Shown in pieces: positions 19,088 to 29,148 of a DNA stretch of 64,000 bases; positions within the stretch are counted from its first letter, which is position 1, and the number at the start of each line of letters is the position of its first letter. The DNA comes from an uncultured Spirochaetota bacterium. Its GTDB lineage: Bacteria > Spirochaetota > Spirochaetia > SZUA-6 > Fen-1364. The stretch is from NCBI GenBank assembly GCA_963745235.1, contig CAVUXE010000052.1, forward strand, positions 32,001 to 96,000. The letters are read 5' to 3'. Position numbers and translations under genes: made by a program. The notes under the pieces are model-generated. The model was not told the origin of the DNA. It saw only the letters and a program-made list of their open reading frames with translations, and did no database searches.

Positions 19088-20281
19088 ATGCGGAAAACGT
19101 TCGTGCTCGCGTTCCTGGTGAGCATCCCGCTTCTGGCCTACGCGCAGCAGCCAACGCTGTTCGTCTCCGAGTCCGACCACTATCGCGTGGTTTCCGAGAC
19201 AAGCCAGTCCCAGGCTGAGGACCTCTCCCGCCGGATGGAGGCGGCCCTCACCCTCTACAACGGCATATTCCACTTCGACCTCACGCAGCTTCCGGCCAAG
19301 TTCAACGTGAAGATCTTCAAGGACCTGGACAGCTTCAACGCTTATGTCTCCAGCGTGATCTCCCAGACGCGGACGGACTTCGTATTCATCTCGTGGTCTG
19401 ATCCCTCGAAATCGGAGCTGCTTTGCTTCCCCAAGGAGGAGAAAGCCTTCACCGTGTCCATGCTTCACCAGGGCGCCATCCAGTTCCTGAAGGGATTCGT
19501 GGACAACGCTCCCCTCTGGCTTCGCGAAGGGGTCGCCACCTACCTCGATGCATCACCCTATGACCCGAAGACAGGCTCCTTCACTTTCCGCGCGAACCTC
19601 CTGTGGCTGGACGGCTTGAAGGCGAACATCCGCGGGGAGACCCCGGAAAAGGAGATTCCATTCACGGACCTTCTCAATTTCACCCGTGACATGGCCCAGG
19701 CGCAGCAGGAGATCTTCATGCAGGAATCCTGGGGCCTCGTGCACTTCCTCCTGTCCTCCCCGCAGCCGGAGTACAACCGGGTCATATGGGATGCAATCAG
19801 CGCCCTTGACCCCAAGGCGAGCCTTGAGATCAACTCCGTCAAGGTTCGCAAACGCGCTTTCTCATGGATCGCTGACCAGAAGCTCGACCTTGACTTCCAG
19901 ACTTTCATGCTTTCCCTCAAGACGGGCAGCGACCTGGTGCGTGACGGGATTGACCAGTACACCAAGGGAGACCTCACCGCCGCGGAGAAGACCCTGACGA
20001 ACGCGGTCGACCTGCAACCGGAGACCAGCGCGGGCTGGTACTATCTTGGCCTGATCTCCTACTCCCGCAAGGACTACGCGAAGGCTGACGACCTCTACAT
20101 GAAAGCGTTCCAGCTCGGGGCCAACGCGGCCACCATCAATTATGCCCTGGGGGTGAACGCATTCGCTGCCGGCAGGAATGCCGACGCTTCGAAGTACCTC
20201 ACGTTCGCAAAGGATGCGGACCCCGCCACGTACGGGGACAAGGTGAACGCCCTCCTGAAGAGGATGGAGTCGTCAAGATAG
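19088..20281 (+). CDS. Exported peptidase-MA-like domain plus TPR protein
   Basis: Signal peptide; PLWLREGVATY and SWGLVHFL MA/DUF1570-like motifs; HExxH position reads HQGAIQ; C-terminal TPRs (GWYYLGLISY). Confidence 0.75.
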   Translation: MRKTFVLAFLVSIPLLAYAQQPTLFVSESDHYRVVSETSQSQAEDLSRRMEAALTLYNGIFHFDLTQLPAKFNVKIFKDLDSFNAYVSSVISQTRTDFVFISWSDPSKSELLCFPKEEKAFTVSMLHQGAIQFLKGFVDNAPLWLREGVATYLDASPYDPKTGSFTFRANLLWLDGLKANIRGETPEKEIPFTDLLNFTRDMAQAQQEIFMQESWGLVHFLLSSPQPEYNRVIWDAISALDPKASLEINSVKVRKRAFSWIADQKLDLDFQTFMLSLKTGSDLVRDGIDQYTKGDLTAAEKTLTNAVDLQPETSAGWYYLGLISYSRKDYAKADDLYMKAFQLGANAATINYALGVNAFAAGRNADASKYLTFAKDADPATYGDKVNALLKRMESSR

Positions 20282-20301
20282 ACGGCCATCGAGATGGCCC
20301 C

Positions 20302-21501
20302 CTACTCTTTCTGACCTCCCTGACTCCTCTTTCTCCCGCGGCGCCGGCGGCGTCGATGCCTCCGCGGTGCACCGTCGCGCCCCGCTCCCGGGGGGAGGTC
20401 CGTTTCCCGCGCTTGAGCGCGGGGCTGGCGGGCGGTGATCTCTTCCTCGAAGGACTCCGCGGCTTCGGCCAGGTCTTTCTTCGACGGGAACAGGGGCTCA
20501 GACACGGTCCGCAGGTACTGCTGGATCAGGAAACGGGCATCCGGATCCCGCAGAATGTCCTCCCGGGCCGCAATGAGATCCCGGAAGAGCAAGCCAAACA
20601 TTGATGTGCGTGCAAGCGCATGACCGGCATCGTAGTCCTGGTCGATGCGACGGAGCCTCTCCCACAATGGGCCAGCGGTGAACTTCGCCCTTCTCTCATG
20701 CAGGTCCTTCGCGAGAGCCGGGAATATCGTTTCGAACAGGCGAAGCCGGAATCCCATATCGAATATCTCGGCCGCCCCACCGGAGGTCAGGATCTTGTAG
20801 ATCTCCTCCGTGACCCTCTCACGGGAGCACGTCAACAGCGACTCGTGATACCGCTTGATGAGCACGGAGACGGACAGGGGCACGGGAAACCGCATGAGAC
20901 TCGCGTATTTCACTGCGCGGATCATGCGCACGGGGTCCTCTGTGAACGAGGATTCCGCGGGAATCAGAGTGCGAAGCCTGCGCTGGCGGATGTCCGCGAA
21001 TCCTCCGACGTAGTCGATGATGTGACGGTCCACGGGACAGTAGTACAGGGCGTTGATGGTGAAATCCCGGCGCTCCGCATCCTCCTCCATGGTCCCAAAG
21101 CGGTTGTTGACGTCCCCGCCGTCCAGATCATTTGACGCCTCAACGGCTCCCGACCCGCGCGCGCGGAAGGTCGTCACCTCGATGACTTTTTCCCGTCCGC
21201 AATAGACGTGGACGATGCGGAACCTGCGGCCGATGATCCGCGCAGACCTGAACACGCGGCGGACCTGCTGCGGATGGGCGTCGGTGGCGACATCGAAGTC
21301 GTTCGGAGTGCGGCCCACGACGAGGTCCCGAACCGCGCCGCCCACGATGTAGGCGTGAAAGCCGTCCTTTCGCAGACGACGCACCACCCAAACGGCATCC
21401 GGGTCCACGAGCCCCAGGTTTATCCCGTGCTCACCCTCCGTGTAGATATGCGCTTTCTTTTCTATTGCACCGTCTGGTGTTGTTCTATATCTGAAAAGCA
21501 A
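20302..21501 (-). CDS. pcnB: Poly(A) polymerase I
   Basis: YIVGGAVRDL, DFDVAT, PAP-specific IIGRRFRIVHV, RRDFTINAL, EDPVRMIRA; Arg-rich C-terminal tail; probable TTG start 21501. Confidence 0.9.
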   Translation of the reverse strand: MLFRYRTTPDGAIEKKAHIYTEGEHGINLGLVDPDAVWVVRRLRKDGFHAYIVGGAVRDLVVGRTPNDFDVATDAHPQQVRRVFRSARIIGRRFRIVHVYCGREKVIEVTTFRARGSGAVEASNDLDGGDVNNRFGTMEEDAERRDFTINALYYCPVDRHIIDYVGGFADIRQRRLRTLIPAESSFTEDPVRMIRAVKYASLMRFPVPLSVSVLIKRYHESLLTCSRERVTEEIYKILTSGGAAEIFDMGFRLRLFETIFPALAKDLHERRAKFTAGPLWERLRRIDQDYDAGHALARTSMFGLLFRDLIAAREDILRDPDARFLIQQYLRTVSEPLFPSKKDLAEAAESFEEEITARQPRAQARETDLPPGAGRDGAPRRHRRRRRRGRKRSQGGQKE

Positions 21502-21678
21502 GCTGAAATCCCGGTTTCCTCCGCCCCCGTGTGCGGCGCGGCCAGATTGCGCGCCAGTGTCCCCATGGTAACTCACCGCGGGCTGGGATGCAAGGCGGCG
21601 AACCGGCAGGCAGCGGTCAAAATCTCTGTTGCAGCCGCCAGCCAACCGGTTTACCATAGGCGATCCCATGGAGGTATC

Positions 21679-22815
21679 ATGCTGCCCATCGAGATCCGCA
21701 GGGTGAGGTCGAAAAAAGACAGGGCCGTATTCGTCACAATGCCCTGGAAGCTGTATCGCGAAGACCATCACTGGGTTCCACCACTCATCGGTGACCAGAT
21801 GCAGTTCATCGACCCGTCCCGCGGAGTGTTCTTCGATCATGGAGAAGCGGAGCTCTTCCTTGCATACCGGGGCGCTGAACCCGTGGGAAGAATCAGCGCG
21901 CACGTCAACACGCGCTATGACGAGTACTATGCGGACGGAAAAGGGTTCGTGGGTTTCTTCGAGTGCGAGGACAACGCGGACACCGCTCAGGCGCTGTTCG
22001 CCGCGGCCGGCGGCTGGCTCAGCGCGAAGGGAAGGAAGTTCGCCGAGGGGCCGATGAGCTTCGGTGTGTACGACGAAACGGGCATCCTCATAGACGGGTT
22101 CGACACGGACCCCTACGTCCTCACCGGGCACAATCCGCCCTATTACCAGCGCCTGTTCGAGACAAACGGATGGGGAAAGTCCGTGGACTGGTACGCATTT
22201 CGGGGCAGGGCGAGCGTGTTCAGGAAAGAGCTGAACCCCCGCTACTTCGTGCTCTCCCAGAGAGTGATCAAGAGAAACGGGCTCACCATCCGCCAGGCGG
22301 ACATGAGGCATCACCTCGACCGGGAAGCGCAGATCGTGCAGCGGATTTTCGCCACCGCGTGGAACAGGAACTGGGGTCATGTCCCGCTCACCGACAAGGA
22401 GTTCGACCGGCTGAAGGATGGCGTCAAACAGTTCGTGATCCCCGAGCTCACTTTCATCGTGGAGCTGGACGGGAGGCCCGTCGGATTTGCCCTTGCCATT
22501 TATGACGCAAACGTGGCCGTCAAGAAGGTCAACGGCCGCCTTTTCCCGTTCGGCTTCATCACGCTGCTCGCCACCATGAAGAAGACGCGCAGGTTCCGCC
22601 TGGTCCTGATGGGCGTCCTGGAGGAGTACCGCCACCAGGGGATCGAGGTGGCCATGTATTCCCATGTCATCCAGGAAGGAATGCGCAGGGGCTTCGAGGA
22701 AGTGGAAATGTCAATGATCGTGGAAACCAACGAGGCCATGATCAACTCCGCGGAGCGGATGCCCGTGGAGCGCTACAGAACGTGGAGAATTTACCGAAAG
22801 GATCTCTCAGCATGA
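21679..22815 (+). CDS. YghO/bacterial-ceramide-synthase-like double-GNAT acyltransferase
   Basis: FVTMPWKLYREDHHWVPPL, VGRISAHVN, GFFEC, HNPPYY, NWGHVPLT, LMGVLEEYRHQGI; GGAGG RBS. Confidence 0.85.
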   Translation: MLPIEIRRVRSKKDRAVFVTMPWKLYREDHHWVPPLIGDQMQFIDPSRGVFFDHGEAELFLAYRGAEPVGRISAHVNTRYDEYYADGKGFVGFFECEDNADTAQALFAAAGGWLSAKGRKFAEGPMSFGVYDETGILIDGFDTDPYVLTGHNPPYYQRLFETNGWGKSVDWYAFRGRASVFRKELNPRYFVLSQRVIKRNGLTIRQADMRHHLDREAQIVQRIFATAWNRNWGHVPLTDKEFDRLKDGVKQFVIPELTFIVELDGRPVGFALAIYDANVAVKKVNGRLFPFGFITLLATMKKTRRFRLVLMGVLEEYRHQGIEVAMYSHVIQEGMRRGFEEVEMSMIVETNEAMINSAERMPVERYRTWRIYRKDLSA

Positions 22816-24116
22816 AGGACCTCATCGAACCTCGCGTGCTCAAGGGCTTTCGCGATTTCCTTCCCGACAAGGAGGCGCAGAGGCTGGCAATCCTCAGGAA
22901 ACTTGAGGAGGTCTTCCGGCTTTGCGGCTTCTCTCCCATAGATACTCCCGTGCTGGAATACGCGGAGGTCCTGCTGGGCAAGGGCGGCGGGGAAACCGAC
23001 AAGCAGGTGTACCGGTTCAAGGATCATGGGGACAGGGACGTGGCTCTCCGGTTCGACCTCACCGTGCCGTTTGCCCGGTTCATGGCCGCCCACCTGAACG
23101 AGGTTCCCCTGCCCTTCCGCCGGTGGCACGGGGCGAAGGTGTGGCGCGGGGAGAACACGCAGCGAGGCCGCTACCGCGAGTTCATGCAGGTGGACTTCGA
23201 CATCGTCGGCCCTGACTCGGCCTCCGCAGACCTGGAGATCCTCCTCCTCATGCGTCGATGCATGAGAGCCCTCGGCATGGAGAAATCCACCATTCACTTC
23301 GCGCACCGGGGGGTATTCAACTCATTCATCGCCGGGCTCGGGCTCCAATCCCAGACCGTCGAGGTCCTTCGAACCATCGACAAGGCGCGCAAGGTGGGCG
23401 AGGAAAAAACAGGGGAGGCCCTGGAACAGGCGGTTGGTGCGGAAAATGCCCGCACGATCATGCAGTTCATCGAGCCACGGGAAGGGATGAAGTCCCTGGA
23501 CAGGCTGCAGGAGATGGTGGGGAGTGAAAACGAAGGTGTGCAGAGGCTTTCTGCAATCTCCTCCTGCCTGGATGATACCGGTGTCTCCTCTTCGTTCTCA
23601 TTGGATCCTTCCATCACACGGGGACTGGACTACTACACGGGCGTGGTATTCGAAACGTTTCTCTCTGAGCTTCCCGCAATCGGCTCCGTCTGCTCCGGCG
23701 GCCGGTACAACGACCTCGCCTCCCTCTACACGCACCAGAGGCTGCCCGGCGTGGGAGCATCCATCGGCATCGACCGCCTGATGGCGGCAATCGAAGAGCT
23801 GGGCCTCGAAGCGTCCGCCACATCCGCTCCGTCCCTGCTCATTGCGTGCCTCGCGGAGCGGCTTGTGGGAGACTACCACAAGAAGGCGGAAGCCTTTCGG
23901 GAGGCGGGAATCCCGGCGGAAGTCTACCCGGAGCAGAAGAAGCTGGCCGTCCAGTTCACCTATGCGGAGAAAAGGGGGATACCCCTGGCCCTTGTGATCG
24001 GAGAAAAGGAAAGCGGCGAAGGGATAGTCGGGCTGAAAGACCTCCGCTCCCGTCAAAGCTATGACGGGCTTACACTCGAAACCGCGATAGGTAAAGCGAA
24101 AGAGCTGCTTCGGTAA
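22812..24116 (+). CDS. hisS: Histidyl-tRNA ligase
   Basis: LKGFRDFLP, LRFDLTVPFAR, WRGENTQRGRYREFMQ, RGLDYYTG, SGGRYN. Confidence 0.97.
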   Translation: MKDLIEPRVLKGFRDFLPDKEAQRLAILRKLEEVFRLCGFSPIDTPVLEYAEVLLGKGGGETDKQVYRFKDHGDRDVALRFDLTVPFARFMAAHLNEVPLPFRRWHGAKVWRGENTQRGRYREFMQVDFDIVGPDSASADLEILLLMRRCMRALGMEKSTIHFAHRGVFNSFIAGLGLQSQTVEVLRTIDKARKVGEEKTGEALEQAVGAENARTIMQFIEPREGMKSLDRLQEMVGSENEGVQRLSAISSCLDDTGVSSSFSLDPSITRGLDYYTGVVFETFLSELPAIGSVCSGGRYNDLASLYTHQRLPGVGASIGIDRLMAAIEELGLEASATSAPSLLIACLAERLVGDYHKKAEAFREAGIPAEVYPEQKKLAVQFTYAEKRGIPLALVIGEKESGEGIVGLKDLRSRQSYDGLTLETAIGKAKELLR

Positions 24117-24951
24117 TCCCCAGGGACGCGGCGGAAACCGCGCGCGGAGTGTCCTCCTGCGTATGCCACTGGGGGTAGTCCAGGTCAATGAGGAGGCATG
24201 ACGGGACCCCCCTGCGCGCAAAAGGGTGATGATCCGAGATGATGTATTTCAGGCGCTGGGGCTTGCTTTGCGTGAATGGCGCCCATCCGCGGGAGGCTCC
24301 CAAGCCGAACAGCTCCTGGGTGAGGCGCCTTTCCGCCGGGAACATGAAGATATGGGCGTCGATGTCAAACACCATCCCGACGCCTCCCACCATGTCGAGC
24401 ACGACGACCTCCGCAGGCGGCACGCCCCAGGCCGGATGGCAGGCGCACCACTCTGCCCCCATGGAGAAGTCGTTCCCATCGATGTTCCCCAGGTCCTCGG
24501 CATCGAAAAATGCGACAAGCACGTCCCTCGAAAGCCTCTGCAGCGCAAGCCATTCCAGCATGTGGAGGAAGATCGCGGTGCCGGAGCCTCCGTCGTTGGC
24601 GCCGGGGATGGGACACTCCCGCCGGGCGAGGTCCGAGTCCCTGTCTGCCCGGGGCCGCGTGTCGAAATGCGTGCCCAGGAGAACCGGGCCGCCGGAAGGG
24701 TTGGCGCAACGAAATGCGCCTATGATGTTGGCACAGCTGACGGCTTGACCGCGGAAGGGCACCCGGAAGTCCTGCCGCATGACCTCCGTGGCGGATGAAC
24801 GCAGCCGATCTTCCAGCATTGCAAGGAGGCGTCCGTGCGGGGGTGTCCCGGGGACCCGGGGGCCCAGGGCCACCTGCTCCTCCACCAGGGCAAGGATCTC
24901 CCGCCCGGCTTCCTCCTCAGGTGATGTCGTGGACAATCTGGTTCTCGACAA
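24070..24951 (-). CDS. M28 family peptidase / glutaminyl-cyclase-like zinc enzyme
   Basis: LGPRVPGT, GTHFDTRP, PGANDGGSG, FFDAED, LDMVG, SDHHPF, WHTQED. Confidence 0.88.
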   Translation of the reverse strand: MSRTRLSTTSPEEEAGREILALVEEQVALGPRVPGTPPHGRLLAMLEDRLRSSATEVMRQDFRVPFRGQAVSCANIIGAFRCANPSGGPVLLGTHFDTRPRADRDSDLARRECPIPGANDGGSGTAIFLHMLEWLALQRLSRDVLVAFFDAEDLGNIDGNDFSMGAEWCACHPAWGVPPAEVVVLDMVGGVGMVFDIDAHIFMFPAERRLTQELFGLGASRGWAPFTQSKPQRLKYIISDHHPFARRGVPSCLLIDLDYPQWHTQEDTPRAVSAASLGITEAALSLYLSRFRV

Positions 24952-26057
24952 GGCGCAGGCTTACCCGCCTGGACGACGGCTCGGAGAAGGCCTCGAAGGC
25001 CGCCTCTTCGAGGTACCTGATGAAGCTCGCCTCCAGGGCGCGGGCGCCGGTTTCCTTGCGCACGCTCTCTTCGACGATCCGCTCCAGGACCTTGTCTTCT
25101 ATCACGAGCTCCTTTCCCTCGAGATGGAACTCGTTCATGTATTGAGCCACGAGGCTGCCGCGGAGGATCTCCGCGAGCTGCTCACGCGTGAGGGCCTGGA
25201 AGGGAACGATGCGGCGGAACCGCCCGATGAGCTCGGGAAGGAACCCGTAGTTCATGAAGTTCCGCGCCAGGGTCACGTCGTCCTCGGTGTATGAAACGGC
25301 TATCTTGCCCAGCTCTCCCGTTGCCGGCTCCCGACCGAAGCCGATGTGCTCCGTGTTTCCCTGGTCGATCATCCCCTTGAGGCCGGAGAAAGCGCCGCAG
25401 GCGATGAAGCCGATGTCCTGCGTCGACATCACCGCCTTGGGCGCGTAGTCAGAATGCGTGTACTCCAGGGGAACGGGCATCTCGATGGATTCCAGCATCT
25501 TGAGGAGCTCCCGCTGAACGCCGAGTCCGGAAACATCCTTGGTGGTCCCTGCCCCGGAGAAGACCGCGCTGTTCTGCCCGGAGGCGAGCTTGTCGAACTC
25601 ATCGAGGCAGACGATCCCTATGGCCGCGTAGGCGATGCTCATGTCCGCCGCATAGAGGAGCCGCGTGAGGATGGAGTTGACGTCCTGGCCGACGTAGCCG
25701 GTCTCGGAGAAGCCCGTCATGTCGATGACGACAGTCGGCAGCCTCAGGATGTCGCGAAAAAGGATTTCAACGAGGTACGTCTTTCCGCAGCCGGTCGGGC
25801 CGACGAAAAGCATGGTGGTCTTGGGCGGCAGGTTCTCCCGCCGGGCCCCTTCGAGCCAGATTCGTCGCAGCCGGCTCGACATGGCGATATGCGCCGAGGG
25901 CTATTGCGCGGACCGCCTTCAGCTGGCCGACGTACCCGCAGGAAGCTATGTGCGCCTCGATCTCGCGCGGAAGAAGCACGGGAATGGTTCGCACGAAGGC
26001 CGCGACTTCCTGGTCGAAGCGCTCCGGCCGAGCGCCCTTCTTGCCGGGTGTGAGGAT
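24917..26057 (-). CDS. ClpX-like AAA+ ATPase without zinc-binding domain; frameshift near 25880; start uncertain (ATC 26057 after GGAGG, or GTG 25994)
   Basis: GYVGQLKAVRAIA, GPTGCGKT, ETGYVGQDV pore loop, LDEFDKL, KDVSGLGVQRELLKMLE, HIGF loop, FLPELIGRF, TGARAL. Confidence 0.85.
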
Positions 26058-26154
26058 GGCGATCTCCTCCCTGTTGCCTATAGTGTACTCTCACCAGGCT
26101 TGCCGCGACAATAGAGAACGCCCCCTGAGAGGGCCGCCCGCGACTCGGGGAGGC

Positions 26155-26802
26155 CTACGCCTCTGGAGGGCCCTCGGGAAGGCTTATGCCTTCACGGGGC
26201 TGGACGAGAATTTCTTCCTTGCCGCGGGCGGAGTACGCGATGACCTCCCGCTTCAGAAGCTGGGCAAGCATTGCCTGCACTTCCTTCTCACTCATTCCGA
26301 GGTGCTCCGCCGCCCACAGGGTGAACTCCGCGAGGTTCACCCGGCTCCCCTTGTAGGTGGCGACGCCGTGCTCCTGCGCGTACTGCACGAGCCCCGCCCA
26401 GAGCTGGTTCTGCCTGTTGGTGGACATGAGGTTCTGGATGATTGCGTTCGCCCTTCGGATCCTCTCCGAGAGGATCCTGTTCATCTTGCGGGCAAAATCA
26501 GGATTTGATCCCATTGTGGATTCGTACAGCTTCTCGTTCAGGACGAGCAGCCGCGTGGGGTGCACGGCTACCGCCGTGGCGGAGCGGGGCATCTTCTCGA
26601 TGATGGCCATCTCCCCGAACATGTCTCCCTTGTTGAGCACCGTCAGCGTTTTGCTCGAGGAAGGTCCCGTTGCCTTTCGGATCTCCACCTGCCCTTCCAC
26701 GATGACAAACATCTCGTTTCCTTCCTCGTTCTCGCGGAAGATCACGTCACCGGCGCTGAAGAAGCGCAGATGCTTGTCATAGGTGCTCTTGTCGATCTTC
26801 AT
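26155..26802 (-). CDS. Crp/Fnr-family cNMP-binding protein
   Basis: GDVIFRENEEGNEMFVIVEGQV, FGEMAII..PRSATAVA; C-terminal winged-helix-like region. Confidence 0.88.
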   Translation of the reverse strand: MKIDKSTYDKHLRFFSAGDVIFRENEEGNEMFVIVEGQVEIRKATGPSSSKTLTVLNKGDMFGEMAIIEKMPRSATAVAVHPTRLLVLNEKLYESTMGSNPDFARKMNRILSERIRRANAIIQNLMSTNRQNQLWAGLVQYAQEHGVATYKGSRVNLAEFTLWAAEHLGMSEKEVQAMLAQLLKREVIAYSARGKEEILVQPREGISLPEGPPEA

Positions 26803-27819
26803 CTACATCGTGTCCTTTGCCAGAGCCGCGGCAAGGTCCCCCCCGGATACTTCCTGCAGCACTATGTCGCAGAGACCCCGCGGGATCACCAGCCTCACCC
26901 GTCCCTGGCGCTTTTTCTTGTCCCTTTCGAAGGCGGGTGCCAGCTCGTCATACCGAGTGCCCGCCTCCAACCGAAAGCCATACAGCAGCAGGAGAGACAG
27001 CACACGGTCTCGAAACCCGGCCTCCGTCAGACCCAGGTGGACCCCGGCGGAAAGCGCCCTTCCGATCCCCCAGGCCACCGCTTCCCCGTGGGTCCAGCCG
27101 GAGAAGCGCGTCGCGCTCTCCAGGGCGTGCCCGAAAGTATGCCCCAGATTCAAGACCGCCCGCATTCCCCTCTCCCGAGGGTCCTCCTGGACGATCCGTC
27201 CCTTGACCGCGATGCACCGCCGGATCATTTCCTCCAGGACCGCGGGCTCGCGCGCAATCACGTCAACGGATGAGCGTTCCAGGAGGGAAAAGAGCTCCCC
27301 GTCTCCGATGAGCGCGGTCTTGATCACTTCCGCGAGACCCGAGGTGTATTCCCTGGCGGGAAGAGGTCTCAGGAGAGAGACGTCGATGTAGATGCGGGAG
27401 GCGGGGTAGAAGGTTCCCACCAGGTTCTTGAAGCCCATGAAATCGATGCCTGTCTTGCCGCCAAGGGAGGCATCCACCATGGCAAGGAGCGTTGTCGGAA
27501 CAAGGACGAGCCCGCATCCCCGCATGTAAAGAGAAGCCGCAAAAGCAGCGACATCGCATACCACGCCGCCGCCCATGCCGACTACAGCGTCATCCCGCCC
27601 GAGCCCGAGGGATGCGCATTTTTCCAGCACGGATTCGACGCTTTTCCAGCACTTGGCGGGCTCCCCCGCCGGGATGGCCACCCAGCGCTCCACGCCGGCG
27701 CCGAAAAGGCCGTGCGTTGTCGCGTCAAACACGCGGAGAGAGCCGGCGGGCTCCAAAGGCGCTCCGAAGACGACATCCGTCCTTGTCCCCCCGACGTCGA
27801 AGGAGAGATTTCCCTTCAC
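26803..27819 (-). CDS. aroB: 3-dehydroquinate synthase
   Basis: GGGVVCD, PTTLLAMVDASLGGKTG, KNLVGTF, LNLGHTFGHALE, HGEAVA, DKKK. Confidence 0.96.
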   Translation of the reverse strand: MKGNLSFDVGGTRTDVVFGAPLEPAGSLRVFDATTHGLFGAGVERWVAIPAGEPAKCWKSVESVLEKCASLGLGRDDAVVGMGGGVVCDVAAFAASLYMRGCGLVLVPTTLLAMVDASLGGKTGIDFMGFKNLVGTFYPASRIYIDVSLLRPLPAREYTSGLAEVIKTALIGDGELFSLLERSSVDVIAREPAVLEEMIRRCIAVKGRIVQEDPRERGMRAVLNLGHTFGHALESATRFSGWTHGEAVAWGIGRALSAGVHLGLTEAGFRDRVLSLLLLYGFRLEAGTRYDELAPAFERDKKKRQGRVRLVIPRGLCDIVLQEVSGGDLAAALAKDTM

Positions 27820-29112
27820 GTCAGCTCCCCGCCGAGGGCGGCGAAATCACGCGCAAAGTCCGGATACGAGACGGCCGCGCATTCGAAGCCCGCCACTTGC
27901 ACGCCGCCAGGCACCCCCGCTGCGGCCACAGCCGCGGCCATGGCAATCCGGTGGTCACCCTGGGGGTCGATCGTTCCCGCGCGAAGCTTCTGGGGTCCCT
28001 CCACCGCGAAGCCGTCGTCGAAGACCTGCAGCCTGCCTCCCAGCCCCTCAACGAGGCGGGTGATCATGGCGAGCCTGTCGCTCTCCTTGAAGCGCAACTC
28101 CTCCGCGCCGCGCACTTCCGTCACGCCGTCAGAGAAAAGCCCGAGCACCGCCAGAAGAGGGATCTCATCGATGAGCTCGGGAACCTCCTCCGCGTCTATG
28201 CGGGTGCCGGAGAGAGAGGCGCCGTTCACTTCGATGGTCCCCGAGGGCTCACCGAGTGAGGCGTGTTCCTCCCGGATATCCACCCTGGCGCCCATGCGGC
28301 GGACCACGTTGAGAAAGCCGTTCCTGGTGGGGTTGACGCCGCAGCCGCGCACCAGGAGGTTGCGCCCGGAGATGAGGGAAGCCGCGATGAAGAAGGCGGC
28401 TGAGGACACATCTCCCGGAACCTCGACCTGGAACGGAGGCAGCGCGGAAGGGGGATGCAGCACAAGCTCCTCCGAACTGCTCGAAAGGCGCACGCCGAGG
28501 GCGGACAGCATCCGCTCCGTGTGGTCCCGCGAGTGTGTCTTCCCGGTGATTCGTGACGGACCGCCCGCGCGAAGGCCGGCCAGGAGAAGGCAGCTCTTCA
28601 CCTGCGCGCTGGGCACCGGCAGCGAATACGACAGAGGCGTGAGGTCACCGCGGCCCGGGCAGAAAGCACAGCGGCGCGAACCTGCCGCCGTCCCTGCCCT
28701 CGATCCGCGCCCCCATCTGGCGCAGAGGCTGCACCACTCTGGCCATTGGCCGCGCAAGGAGCGACTGGTCTCCCGTGAGCACGGCAAAGATGGGAAGACC
28801 CGCCAGGAGACCCGCCAGCAGGCGCGTCGTGGTGCCGGAGTTCTCAGCATCAAGGGGGCGCTTCGGCTCTTCCAGGCCGCGCAGGCCGGCGCCCTGGACC
28901 ACCAGGTGGTGGTCCGATTGCTGAATGGAGCAACCGAGGCCCTCCAGGCAGCGGCGCGTGGACACGCAATCACCCGTTGCAAGCGCATTGATCACGGTAC
29001 TTTTTCCCGAGCTGACCGCCGCGAGCATCAGGGACCGGTGCGTTATCGACTTGTCAGGCGGAGGCGTGTACTCACCCCCTATTCCGCGCGGGGCGCGGAA
29101 GGTCGGGTTCAT
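27816..29112 (-). CDS. aroA: EPSP synthase; apparent frameshift near 28657
   Basis: PDKSITHRS, NSGTTTRL, RPMARV in one frame; SAQVKS, RDHTERM, PGDVSSAAFF, IDEIP, ELRFKESDR, GDHRIAM in the next. Confidence 0.93.
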
Positions 29113-29148
29113 GGATCGAGAGTAAGCGATGAGTTATATTCATGTCAA
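29112..29148. promoter_or_regulatory. Overlapping divergent promoters in a 36-bp gap between aroA and the PHP gene
   Basis: Minus: TTGACA-18-TACTCT, 6 nt before aroA ATG. Plus: TGGATC-17-TATATT, 8 nt before ATG 29149. Confidence 0.55.

Noticed and set aside
20302-22665. 787-aa ORF as an extended PcnB fusion
   Set aside because: The N-terminal ~390 aa are the antisense shadow of the GNAT gene; PcnB-like sequence begins near 21501 behind its own promoter-like element.
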